Shown: positions 27,036 to 39,150 of the stretch, piece by piece
Layout of the letters: every line of letters starts with the position of its first letter
Position numbering within the stretch: position 1 is the stretch's first letter
Origin: Eledone cirrhosa
Lineage: Eukaryota
Reading direction: 5' to 3'
Assembly (NCBI GenBank): GCA_964016885.1
Contig: OZ024748.1
Location: forward strand, 43,338,001 to 43,402,000
DNA length: 64,000 nt
Notes under the pieces: model-generated
Seen by the model: the letters and a program-made list of their open reading frames with translations, nothing else
Database searches by the model: none
What the model was told of the DNA's origin: nothing
Program-made: the position numbers and the translations under genes

Positions 27036-27270
27036 AATGTAATCTGAGTTTTTTGAATATTAATAATAACATTCGATTCGTTTGCAATTATGCAAACAAG
27101 CCTCAATTTTATAGCCATGTCAGTAGAATGAACCCTTCATTCTTGCTCTTGTGTTGGCATGTGAACACAAGAGCAAGAATGAAGGGTTCACTCTACTGAA
27201 TAAAAATGAGGCTTTTTTTCATAATTGCAAATTAATCGAATGTTATTAATATTCGAAAAACTCTGATTAC

Positions 27271-27273
<3 letters not shown>
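27036..27273. repeat. Foldback inverted repeat, about 110-bp imperfect arms and 8-bp loop
   Basis: Inner 27120-27155 pairs with 27164-27199 (1 mismatch); the outer arms are diverged. Confidence 0.88.
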
Positions 27274-27332
<59 letters not shown>

Positions 27333-27410
27333 ATATATAGAGAGAGATAGAGATAGATATATAGACATGTAGATAGATATATAGATAGGTAGAGATAGAT
27401 ATATACTTAC

Positions 27411-27548
27411 AATATCACCCAAATCAATTTTCTCAAATTTAAATGATTGTAAAGCTGCAGGTAGACTTTCCTTGATCTTTGGCTCCACAGTTGTAGTGAG
27501 CAGGTTTTGGACATAAATCCCAACATAGGGCCACACTTGGTTTAATAT
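27411..27548 (-). CDS. ESYT2: Extended synaptotagmin exon 3 (SMP domain; ILNQVWPYVG...FKFEKIDLGDI)
   Basis: 138-nt exon with tgtgtAG acceptor and GTAAGT donor, phase 0. WP.V and F.F..IDLG are typical SMP motifs. Exon 4 was not found in the window. Confidence 0.92.
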
Positions 27549-27599
27549 CTACACAGAAGACAGAAAGATATGAAACACTTCAGTTATTAACTCTTTATC

Positions 27600-28720
27600 T
27601 TATTATAATGATAATGAAAATTACTGTTTACAGTGCTCAGGTGCACTACAACTCATCAAAGGTGTATGTATAGTACATAGAATAATGTACAAATGTCAGG
27701 AAAGTGAACAATGTCTATGTCATGATATACACACAGATACATGTGTGTGTATGAAGGGGGGGATATCAGGTGTAGTGTTGGCGAATTTCAGGAAGCATGG
27801 AGGTTTTAAAGGATGCAGTGTCTCGACAGCTAACAACTGATGCAGGTAGTTTGTTCCATGAAGGTTTTAAAGGATGCAGTGTCTCGACAGCTAACAACTG
27901 ATGCAGGTAGTTTGTTCCATGGAGGTTTTAAAGGATGCAGTGTCTCGACAGCTAACAACTGATGCAGGTAATTTGTTCCATGGAGGTTTTAAAGGATGCA
28001 GTGTCTCGACAGCTAACAACTGATGCAGGGAGTTTGTTCCATGGAGGTTTTAAAAGATGCAGTGTCTCGACAGCTAACAACTGATGCAGGTAGTTTGTTC
28101 CATGGAGGTTTTAAAGGATGCAGTGTCTCGACAGCTAACAACTAATGCAGGTAGTTTGTTCCATGGAGGTTTTAAAGGATGCAGTGTCTTGACAGTTAAC
28201 AAGTGATGCAGGTAGTTTGTTCCATAGAGGTTTTAAGGATGCAGTGTCTCGACAGCTAACAACTAATGCAGGTAGTTTGTTCCATGGAGGTTTTAAAGGA
28301 TGCAGTGTCTTGACAGTTAACAAGTGATGCAGGTAGTTTGTTCCATAGAGGTTTTAAAGGATGCAGTGTCTCAACAGCTAACAACTGATGCAAGTAGTTT
28401 GTTCCATGGAGGTTTTAAAGGATGCAGTGTCCTGACAGCTAACAACTGATGCAGGTAGTTTGTTCCATGCTTCAACAAATCTGAGTGTGAAAAAATCTTT
28501 CCGAAAGTCATGGGGAAGCTGTGCTGTTTTCTGACTTTGTAGGCATGTCCATGGGTGATAGACACATGGAATTCAAAAAGGTGCTCAGGGTTGTTGGCAA
28601 AATGGTAAATAATCTTGTGGGTGTCTACAATGACAGTTGCCAGATGTCATAGCTTTAATGCATCCATGCCCAGGGAAGCAAGGCATTCAGAGTATGGTAG
28701 ATGCCTGATTGAGTGTATGA
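27600..28720 (-). mobile_element. CR1-clade LINE 3' fragment with internal 61-bp tandem expansion (about 11 copies, 27790-28480)
   Basis: Minus-strand translation HGHAYKVRKQH...FFTLRFVEAWNKLPASVVSC..ASFK fits the CR1 ORF2 C-terminus. Repeat unit ggaggttttaaaggatgcagtgtctcgacagctaacaactgatgcaggtagtttgttccat. Confidence 0.78.
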
Positions 28721-28939
28721 TTTAGCAGAATAGATTTAAATACAGCTTTGTTAATTCAAATATTTATAATATTTTTACAAGTGGTTAGGTTGTTGTGAAA
28801 ATTTGCAGTATCACAGTAATGAATTTAAATGTTAATGTTGGTGCAATCAGGGAGATGTTTTGCACTTTTCAAGAATGTCTAGCTAATGTGGTTTCATGTG
28901 CTTTGTTAATTTAAATATTGATACCATAGTATCTTAACT

Positions 28940-29210
28940 AATGGTGACATGGTGTCATGGTGACATGATGACAGTGTCGTCGTCTCATAGTGACGTGGTG
29001 AGATGGTGCCATGGTGCCATGATGCCATAGTTCCATAGTGACAGTGACATGGTGACAATGTCATGGTGATGTGGTGCTGCAGTGTCATGGTTCCACAGTG
29101 CCATGGTGCCAAAGTGACATGGTGTTGTGGTGTCATGAGCTATGGTAACATGGTGTCATGGAACTGTGGTGCTGTGGTGACATAGTGACATGGTGACAAG
29201 GTGACACAGA
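28940..29210. repeat. Cryptic (catggtg/tgaca)-rich simple repeat
   Basis: Dense catggtg and gtgaca motifs. Confidence 0.7.
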
Positions 29211-29248
29211 ACACAGAGATAAAGAATGATCTCCAATGTAATACTTAC

Positions 29249-29290
29249 ATGATTAACCCATTCTGCTCTCTCAACATCTGGAAAGTAAAC
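29249..29290 (-). CDS. ESYT2: Extended synaptotagmin exon 2 (VYFPDVERAEWVNH, start of SMP domain)
   Basis: 42-nt exon between (CT)n-ttttctAG acceptor and GTAAGT donor. It continues LPSW|VYFPDVERAEW in phase 0, the conserved E-Syt motif. Confidence 0.92.
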
Positions 29291-29329
29291 CTAGAAAAAG
29301 AGAGAGAGAGAGAGAGAGAGATATAGATA

Positions 29330-29970
29330 TGTTTCTTTATTAGCCACAGGTGCACAAAAGAAGGGGACAATACAAAGGGGGAAATATATAGATATGTTTC
29401 TTTATTAGCCACAGGGGCACAAAAGCAGGGGACAATACAAAGGGGGAAGTTTACATACAATAAAAACGTGTAAAATACTATCACAAATGCAATTTAAAAA
29501 TTAATCGATTTTCCCCAATAGGGGGAGACATTACATATGGGTAACACATACCCCCGAAAAATGTGCTACCCTCATCTCCAGGAGATAGATAGATAGATAG
29601 ATACATTTCTTTATTAGCCACAAGGGCACAAAAGAAGGGGACAAATACAAATGGGGAGTTTACATACAGGTATATGAAAATAAAACTATTAATACAATAA
29701 CAAATAACAATTGAAATCCCCAATAGGGGGAGGTGTTACACAGGGGTTGTACACACCCCGAACAAATGTACAACCCTCATCTCCAGGAGCACCAAGAGTG
29801 AGTACTCCATTCCTCTTTTCCTCTTTTTCCTCAACCTACAGGCTTATATAGAGAGAATGCCCAACCACTCGAGCCATCTTTGCCACATTCACCCACCTTT
29901 TATAAAATTTGCTGGGGTACAGCACCTCTCTCTCTCCATCCTGATTCTTCTTCCAAAATGATATTTGAAA
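29330..29970 (-). mobile_element. Three short 3'-end copies of an L1/Tx1-clade LINE (29330-29385, 29395-29583, 29604-29970)
   Basis: Each has tttctttatt..cacaaaag..gggacaa.tacaaaggggg homologous to the 3' UTR of 29995-32563. They are separated by (gata)n-like tracts. Confidence 0.8.
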
Positions 29971-29994
29971 GATAGATAGATAGATAGATAGATA

Positions 29995-32563
29995 ACTTTC
30001 TTTTTATTTGCCACCAGGGTGTCAAAGAGTGGGACAAGTACAATGGGGGGGAGTTTACATAAAGAGGCGTCCTCAATAAGGAGGAGGCAATAACAAAATA
30101 TAAAAATATAAGATATAAAATATAACAAAAACAAATTGAATAACAAAATCCTCAATAGGGAGGAGGCGCCTTGGGGGTCGCACACACCCCTGAAAAAGTG
30201 TGCAACCCTTCTCCTCAGGAGCACAGAGAGAGGGTGCTCCCTTGATCTCTCATCTTTCTCACCTACAGTCTGATGTAGAGTGAAGGCCCATTCACACGGG
30301 CCATTCTCGCCACTTTCACCCATCTTTCATAAAAACAAATGGGGTGCAGCACCTCTCTCTCCATCCTGATCCTTCTTCCGAAATGATATCGGAAGAAACG
30401 GACCAGTTGTTGGCCAGAGAGAAAGGTGTCTGACCTCAGTCCTTTCAGACGCGTCCACCATACAACCTCTTTCGCCATGGCTATTACGCACAGAAACACC
30501 GCCTCTCCTTCGTTTTTGAAAAGGGGAGGTGGCTTGATCGTTACAATAGACTCGGTGGTCAACCGGATTGGTCCCACCCTTGACAGCAGTTGTTCGACAT
30601 AGCCCCACAGATCGGCAATGCCCGAGCAGTGTACCAATGTGTGTGCGACGGTTTCCTCGTCGCACACGCATCTGGGACAGATCTTTTTCGAGGGGTCCCT
30701 ACCCGGGCGCCCGTGTCTGTAGAGCCTTTCTCGAACGGGCAGAGCCCTTCTGTAGCATTGCCAGGCCAGGGACCTCTGGAAGTTATCCATGGGTCCCGGG
30801 CTGAATGTCCTACCGAACAGGTTGGCCAGTTCGTCTTCCTCCATGCCTAGGGCTTCTCCGAGGGCGTCGTCGCACCTGCTAACCACCAGCCCTCTATAGA
30901 ATGACGAGGTGGATTCTCCACTGACAGCCGGGTCCGCCTGCCAGAGAGCCGTGAGCGCCTGGGCACACTCGGTGTGCCAGGCGCCCAGTTTTCTCGGTCT
31001 TTGCTTGACCCAGGATTGCAGCTCGGTGAGTGAGACTAGTCTGGGAAAGGCTCGCCTCACAAACGGGGCCCACACCGGTTGACCGGAGAGGAATACCTGA
31101 AGGTGCCGTAGCCACGGCATCTCCAGCCCTCCTTTCGAAGGGTGTTGACAGCAGATGGATCTCCTCACCATAGGAGCCCGCTTCTTCCAAAGGAATTGGA
31201 AGAGTGCACGCTCCATTTTGGCGAGTGTTTCCCTTGGGCAAGGCACAACGGTCAGGCGGTAGTAGATGACGGACGCTATATAAGTGTTCGCCACCTCCAC
31301 CCGACCTTTCAGGGACAGTTTGCACTCGGCCCACTTCTGGGTCAGTGCAAACACCCTGTTCGTTACCTCACCCCAGTTCTTCTCCACCTGGAGGTCTGGT
31401 CCGAACCAGACTCCGAGCAACTTCACCGGGCCCTCCGTCCAGCGCCCGACGACGCCATCGGAGGGTATCGATCTGCCCCTCCACGTGCCGAGTTGCAGAC
31501 CCATCGACTTGTCCCGGTTCAGCTTAGCCCCTGTAAACCTTTCGTACTCCTCCAGTAAGGTGCCGATCGCCCCGATTTGCGAGGCCGTCGACACCATTAC
31601 TGTCACGTCATCGGCGTAGGCTGACACCGCTTTCCGCAATCCCGGTTCCAACGGGATGCCCTGCAACAACTCCAACTTCTGCAGCAGTGGCTCTAGAGTC
31701 ATCACATACAGAAGGGAGGAGAGAGGGCACCCCTGTCGGATGGACCGCGCGATTTCGAACGGCTCCGAGAGGTAGCCGTTCACCTTGACCCTAGAGCAGA
31801 TGCGGCTGCTGTGCATGGCATTGATCCAGTCCCTGAAAACAGGTCCGAAGCCTGCCGCCGCTAGCACCGCATCCAGGTAACCATGGTCGACCCTATCGAA
31901 TGCCTTAGATTGATCCAAGTTGATCAGGGCCCCACCAAAGCCGATGTATCGCATGAGGTGGAGGTTGTCGTGGATGGACCTGGACGGGATAGCACATGTC
32001 TGCGCATCTCCCACCAGGTTGCCCACGACAAGCGCCAACCTCTTTGCTAGCACCTTGGCCAAAATCTGTAACTCTGTATTTAGCAGAGTTATGGGCCTGA
32101 AATTATTTATATCGTCCCCCTTGTTCTCGTCCTTCCTCACTAGCGTGACTACGCCCTTGGTCACAGCACAGGGAATTCTCCCGTTCTGTTGCCAGTTGCA
32201 GTAGGCCGCCTCGAGGAGATCGGGGAACAAGTCCGGCATAGCTAGATATAGTTCGTATGGAAGACCATCGAGACCCGGGGATTTGCGTTTGCCGCATTGG
32301 CTCAGCACGTCCTCTATCTCAGCGGCTGAAATCGGCTCCTCGCAGGACTTCGCCTCCCTGTCCTAGAGACGCGGCAGGCCGTCGAGGTATGGACCGAAGT
32401 CCACATCCCCAACCGGCCCCCTGCCCCTTCTGAACAATCCGGCAAAGAGCTTTTGAAAAGCCTCACACATCTGCTTCGGTTCAAGGATCACCCGTCCATC
32501 CTGGTCTCGCAAAAACCGGATAGTGGATCTGCTCCCTCTTTTGGCTTCTGTCACGCGGGCCCA
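29995..32563 (-). mobile_element. L1/Tx1-clade LINE, 5'-truncated (ORF2 RT plus CCHC)
   Basis: ORF 30263-32308: KSPGLDG, FRPITLLN, LDQSKAFDRVDH, IRQGCPLS, AYADD, CPRCVCDEETVAHTLVHC. AATAAA followed by a (TATC)n tail. Confidence 0.92.
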
Positions 32564-32639
32564 GCTAACAGATAGATAGGTATAGATAGATAGATATAAA
32601 TAGATAGATATAAATAGATAGATATAAATAGATAGATAT

Positions 32640-33862
32640 ATTTCTTTATTTACCATAAAGGCATAAAAAGAAGGGACAAATACAAAGGGGGAGTTTACAT
32701 ATAATCGAGTAAAAAGGGTGTAACATGAAAATAATCGAAAATAACCTCAAAAGGGAGGGGACGTGATGGGGGTTGCACACACCCCCGAAAAAGTGTGCAA
32801 TCCTTTGCCCGGGGAGCACATGGAGAAGGTGCTCCCCTCTCCTTTACTTCTTTACCTACAGGATGGTATACAGAGAAGGCCCATTTACACGAGCCTTTCT
32901 CGCCACTATCACCCACCTTTCATAAAACTGCCTGTGGCCAAGCACCTCTCTCTCCATTCTTATCATTCTTCCGAAGTGATATCGGAAGAAGTAGACCAGA
33001 CTATGGCCAGAGAGGAAGTTGCCTGACCTCAGACCTTTCAATCGTGTCCACCAAACAACCTCTTTCAACATGGCTATTACGCACAGAAAAACCACCTTTG
33101 CTTCCTTTGTGAAGAGGGGAGGCGGTTTGATTGTCATCACGGACTCGGCGGTTTGATTGTCATCCAGCCTCTGAAAACAGGACCGAACCCAGCCTCTGAA
33201 AACAGGACCGAACCCAGCCGCCGCTAGCACCGCATCCAGGTAACCATGGTCGACCCTATCGAAGGCCTTAGACTGATCCAAGTTGATCAGGGCCCCACCG
33301 AAGCCGGGTTTGTTGCCAACCCTCTCTATGATGTATCGCATGAGGTGGAGGTTATCGTGAATGGACCTGGATGGGATAGCACATGTCTGCGCATCTTCCA
33401 CCAGGCCACCCACGACAAGCGCCAACCTCTTTGCTAACACCTTGGCCAAAATCTTTAACTCTGTGTTTAGTAGGGTTATGGGCCGAAAATTATTTATACT
33501 ATCTCCCTTGTTCTCGTCCTTCCTCACCAGCGTGACTACGCCCTTGGCTACAGAACAAGGAATTCTCCCGTTCTGCTGCCAATTGCAGTAGACCGCTTCG
33601 AGGAGTTCGGAGAATAAGACCGGCATTGCTAAATAAAGTTCGTAAGGTATACCATCGAGACCTGGAGATTTGCGTCTGCTGCATTGGCTCAGCGCATCTC
33701 CGATCTCATCAGCCGAGATTGGTCCCTCGCAGGACTCTGCCTCTTCGCTCGAGAGACGCGGTAGGCCGTCGAGGTATGGACCGAAATCCACGCCCCCGCC
33801 CGGACCCTCGCCTCCCCCGAACAATCGGGCAAAGTGTCTTTGAAAGGCCTCGCACATTTGCT
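32640..33862 (-). mobile_element. Second L1/Tx1 copy with a large internal deletion
   Basis: ORF 32856-33857 joins the AFDRVDH region directly to the C-terminus. Short direct duplications occur at the junction (33120-33215). Confidence 0.88.
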
Positions 33863-34366
33863 TAGATAGATAGATAGATAGATAGATATAGACAGAGATA
33901 GATAAATATATAGATATATATAGATAGGTATATATTTAGAGAGAGATATAGAGATAGATAGATATAGAGAAATAGAGATAGATTGGGGTGGGAGGAGGAG
34001 ATCGGTAGAGGAAGGGATGAGAGGAGGAGGAAGAGAAGGCCAGATAGAGTGAGAGTTAGAAACAAATATAAAACAGTATAAAAAGACAGAGATAAAAGTT
34101 TGGAGAGGGAGAAAGAGATAGAGACAGAAAAATGTAGAGAGAGGGGGTAGGGGCAAAAGATAAGGAAATTGAAATAAAGCAGACAGACAGCTACGAAGAA
34201 AAGTCAAAAATAAGCTGTATGGCTTTGACAAAGATCAAGTTAATAGATAAAGAGCTTAGAAAGGCTGAAAGTTGAAGGAGTTAGGTTATATAAAGCAAAC
34301 AAAATTGTTTGTCTAAGAAATCTAAAAATGAAGTCTTCTAGTAATTTAATGAGACTGACTACTTAA

Positions 34367-37300
34367 CTCTTTAGCATTTACATTACTCTATATATACTAT
34401 TATATTTTCATGGTAAAGGCTTTACCTCAAATAATATCTCTCATAACATTACATTACTCTATATATATTATTGTATTTTCATGGTAAAGGCTTTACCTCA
34501 CATAATATTTACATTACTCTCATCATCTTCGTTTAACGTCCATATTCCACGCTTGCATTTGTTTGGACGGGAGTTTTCCCACTTGAGGCAAGAGTGGTTG
34601 TCTTGCTCGTATAGGACTGTCTGGCAGGTTTTCTACGGCTGGATGCCCTTCCTAACACCAACCACATTTACAGTGTGGGACTGGGAGGTTTTTACCGTGT
34701 TACCTACACGGCCACATTACAGCGTGGACTGTGTGTTTTTTTGTCGTGACACCTACACGACCTCATTTGTTTCGGCCTGGATGTTGTGGTACCAACATAA
34801 CTTTACATTGAAAGGGGTGGTGTGGATGGGGTGGGGTAGTGGGACGGGGTGTATTTTGTTAGAGGTGCCTACTGACTGTAGTAGGTTTCACTTTGCACTT
34901 AGGTAAGGCGGGTCTTCTCTATTACTGTGTAGCGCCAAAGGTCTCGGTCCAGTGACATTGTCTTGGAGAGGTGTAAGTGTGTGAGGTCGGAATTTATCAA
35001 GTCGTCCCAGGTTTTTCTGGGTCTGCCTACTCCGTGGCTACCGTCTATTTTTATTGCCCTGCACTTTTTTATACAGCCGTCGTCTTTCATGCGCATCACG
35101 TGACCATACCAACGTAGTCTTCTCTTGAGTAAACAACATCTGATCCCTCTTATTTCTAATTTCTCCCTTAGCTCGTTTATGCTTTGCCGTTCACGTATAT
35201 TACTATTACACATCCAGCGGAGCATGCAAGCTTCGTTTCTCTCCAGTCTGCGTATATCCTCTGCAAACAATGCCCAGGTCTCACTGCCATGTAACATTGC
35301 TGTTCGTATGCAGGCATCATACAGCCTGCCTTTCATTTTTAGAGAGAACCCTTTCGCGGCCAATAGTGGTATAAGCTCTCTGAACTTTTTCCATCCCGTT
35401 CTGACTCTAGCTACTGTTCTTTCAGAGCACCCTCCCCCACTGCTGATTTTATCACCCAGGTAACGGAAGCTGTCCACTATTTCTATAGAACCATCTGTGC
35501 AATGGAATGAGTTAGTATTCTGTGGGCACTTGCTGCTACTTATTGCACCAGAGCACCGGCCACATATAAAATCTATATTCTTAGTTAGCTTACCTGTGAT
35601 CCCACTACATCTTTTATGTACCCATACTTTGCATTTGGGACATAAAATGGAGTTTCTACCTACTCCTTTCCTACACACTGAGCATGGCCATTTCCCAGAT
35701 GGGACCGGTGCCCTATTTTCCTTCCTACAAACTAGAACTTTAGTCTTAGACAAGTTAACTTTAAGGCCTTTTGATTCTAGGCCATGCTTCCATGTTTGGA
35801 ATTTTTTCTCTAGTTCAGCCATTGATTCAGCTATGAGCGTTAGATCATCTGCATATAGGAGTTCCCATGGGCAGCCGGTCTTGAACTCCTCTGTTATAGC
35901 CTGAAGGGCAATAATAAATAGTAGGGGGCTAAGGACGGAGCCCTGATGAACACCAACTTTTACGCTAAACTCTTCACTATATTCGTTGTTAATTCTAACC
36001 TTGCTGACTGTTTCTTTATACATGGCTTGTATAGCTCTCACAAGCCATTCATCAACACCCAGTTTTCTAAGAGCCCACCAGATAATGGAGCGGGCTACTC
36101 TGTCAAAGGCTTTCTCCAAGTCAACAAAAGCTAAGTATAGGGGTTTACTTTTAGCTAGGTACTTCTCCTGTAGTTGTCGTACAATGAAGAGAGCGTTTGT
36201 TGTACTTTTACCTGACACAAACCTGAACTGCATTTCATCTAGATCAATTCGCTCTCTGATTAGTTGTGCTATTACTTTTTCTGTGACCTTCATGACCTGG
36301 TCAATTAATTTAATGTCTCTATAGTTTCCCCTATCTAGGGCATCTCCTTTACCCTTGTAGCAGTTAATGATGATGCTGCTGCGCCAGTCCTTCGGAACGA
36401 CCCCATTCTGTATGACTTGGTTTACTATCCGGGTGACCATAGTGTGTCCCACCATTCCAGATGCTTTCAGCATTTCGGCAACTATTTCCAAAGGCCCGGC
36501 CGCCTTGCCCGTATTCATGTCTTTGATCGCCTTACTTATTATACTACCTTCAACTTGCACTGCTGGTCCCTCTATTGGGTCGATGTGGGGGAGACTGTCT
36601 TTCTCCCAATTATTCTCCTCATTTAGTAGCCTTTCGTAGTGACACTTCCAAGCTACCTTCTTATCAGAGTCAGTGATGGCAAGTACACCATCATCATTTA
36701 GGACACACTTCTCCCCGACAATATCACTGTTTTCCTTGACACATTGCCTGGCAATCCTGAACACCTCACGTTTTTGGTCCTCGCGTTGTAGAACATGCTT
36801 GAACTTTCTTTCCTCTGCTTCCCTTCTTGCGAAGTACACTTGTCTCCTAGCTTCCCTCCTGGCCACTTGATAGTCTTCTCTACTTCCCCCATCCCGCCAT
36901 GCTTTCCAAGCCTGCTTTTTGGTCTTGATTGACCTCTCCACCTTACTGTTCCACCACCAAGTTACTCTCCTCCTGCCTATAGGCCTGCTCCAGCCACAGG
37001 TTTCATCTGTCGCCTTCAGCAGGTTAGCTTTCTGGAATTCCCACTGTTCCTCTATATTGTACGACTCTAATTGCTCTTCCTTACTATCAAAAGCATCAAG
37101 TAATATGCTTTTAAATTTATGACTGGCTGTGGGGTCCTTTAATTTCCATATTTTTCTCCTGAGGATAGTCCTCTTCTGTTGTCGAATACGTCTCGTCCTG
37201 ACTATGAGGTCGCTAATTATGAGTCTATGTTGAGACGTGCATTCTTCATGGGGGAGGGATTTAGTATTATATTTTCATGGTAAAGGCTTTATCTCACATA

Positions 37301-37651
37301 ATATATCACATAACATTCACATTACTCTATATATACTATTGTATTTTCATGGTAAAGGCTTTACCTCACATAATATCTCACATAAAATTTACATTACTCT
37401 ATATATACTATTGTATTTTCACAGTAAAGGCTTTACCTCACATAATATCTCACATAACATTTACATTACTCTCTATTTACTATTGTATTTTCATGGTAAA
37501 GGCTTTACCTCACATAATGAATCTATGAGATTTTGATATTTATTTTGAGAACAATACTTTAACATCAGTATGAGTGGCCTGTTACAACTGGTTTGAACAG
37601 AAAGAGGTGAGGGAATTCTGGCCGGATGTGATCGGTTCAAATGCTAAATGA
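34367..37651. mobile_element. TTAA-flanked (piggyBac-like) MITE split by an RTE insertion
   Basis: ttaa|ctctttagcattt ... aaatgctaaatga|ttaa, with ~69-bp internal repeats on both sides of the RTE. Intact copies at 40613-40888 and 44339-44605. Confidence 0.72.
34521..37262 (-). mobile_element. RTE-clade LINE, 5'-truncated, long open RT ORF (34899-36941)
   Basis: End of APE domain (TSQHRLIISDL), NYRDIKL, FVDLEKAFDRV, GVHQGSVLSP, LYADD, PHD-like insert, RRLRWYGHV, GRPRKTW, (gat)n tail. Confidence 0.95.
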
Positions 37652-38465
37652 TTAAACCAATGAAGGAATCTCTATATAGTCACTCAATATATTAAAAACA
37701 GCAGGCAAATCTCCCTCAAATAACACCCAAAATGGACACAATGGATAAAACATGATCCTTAGACACGGTGTATACCCTAATGGTTAAAGTGTTGTGGGTT
37801 CAATTCCTGGTCCAGCTTTTGTGTTGTGTTCTTTGAACAAAACATTTCATTTCCTGTTGCTCCATTATATTCAGCTGAAAATGAGTACCAGCAGTAACTG
37901 GAGGTGAGTTAACCCTGCAATGGACTTGTGTCCTGTCCAGGGGAAGGAGTCTCTTAACACCAAACAACTGATCAACCCCAAACCACCTCTATTAGAATTT
38001 CAAATACACTCATGTCAACAATATTTATTAAACTATTACCCATGCTAACGTGGAACATTGATGGCAAACGATGATGATTATTAAAGTATATATTAAAATC
38101 CTGAACTGAATTCTTACATAACAGATAATATTAGATTTATCTAGTTAAATAATTGTCTATTATTATTAAGTTGAAAGTTAATTATTTCATTAAACCTCTC
38201 ATAATTATTCAGTATTATTTATTTTGGTAATAAAATACAAAGACAGAATATTCTTGGTAGAAATATGGTTACAAAAGAATTCAACAGCTGGCTACAAATA
38301 TTTGAATGCAGGAAAAACAATGTATGTTAGTTTTACCAGATAGCAACGGTTAGACTATTGCATTCCAAGAGATGTCAACATGAATGGATCTGTTATTTTT
38401 ATCTAAAGACATTTTTTCCAATTCCACCCAGCCTGACCCTTCAATCTATCTTATTTCACATTCTT

Positions 38466-38501
38466 TCTTCTGATGAAGAACTAGCGTCCGAAACATTAAG
38501 A
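38466..38501 (+). ncRNA. Minimal hammerhead ribozyme motif
   Basis: UCUU-CUGAUGA-agaacuagcgucc-GAAA-CA-UU-AAGA. Stem I has 4 bp; CA is probably a decayed CG of the palindromic AACGUU. Confidence 0.6.
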
Positions 38502-38549
38502 CCCTCTTCCTGCTATTTCAAGTGTTAACCTAACATATTCCTTCCATAT

Positions 38550-39003
38550 GGAGGCACATGGCTTAGTGGTTAGAGCATTGGCCTTGCAATCGAAAGGTTG
38601 TGAGTTCAATTCTCAGACCGGGTGATGTGTTGTTTCCTTGAGCAAGACACTTTATTTCACATTGCTCCAGTTTACTCAGCTGTAGAAATGATAGGGACTG
38701 GGGTTCATATCATTCCACTGCAAAGTGGTCGTGGAGGTGCCACGGCAAAAAAGCACCCAGCCCTCACTGTAAAGTTGACGTGGAGGTGCCACAGCAAAAA
38801 AAACACCCAGCCCACACTGTAAAGTGGACGTGGAGGTGCCACGGCAAAAAAGCACCCAGCCCACACTGTAAAGTGGACGTGTAGGCGCCATGGAAAAAAA
38901 GCACCCAGCACTCACTGTAAATGAGGTTGGTGTTAGGAAGGGCATCCAGCTGTAGAAATCAAGCCAGAATCAGTTCCCATATGAGCAAAATGATGATGAT
39001 GAT
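38550..39003 (+). mobile_element. tRNA-derived SINE (family B) with 4 copies of the 48-bp tail unit
   Basis: Head nearly identical to 21493; aaaaaagcacccagcccacactgtaaag repeated; (gat)n tail. Confidence 0.88.
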
Positions 39004-39150
39004 ACTGTACCGATTGTGCTATTTCTGTTTACCTTTTACACATATATATATATAAATTTGAGTATATGTTGGTTGGTTACCGACACTTCAGTATGCAGGG
39101 TAGAGCACTCAAAGAAGTGTGCAGGAAGGTCTGTTTACTCCAAAGTAATT

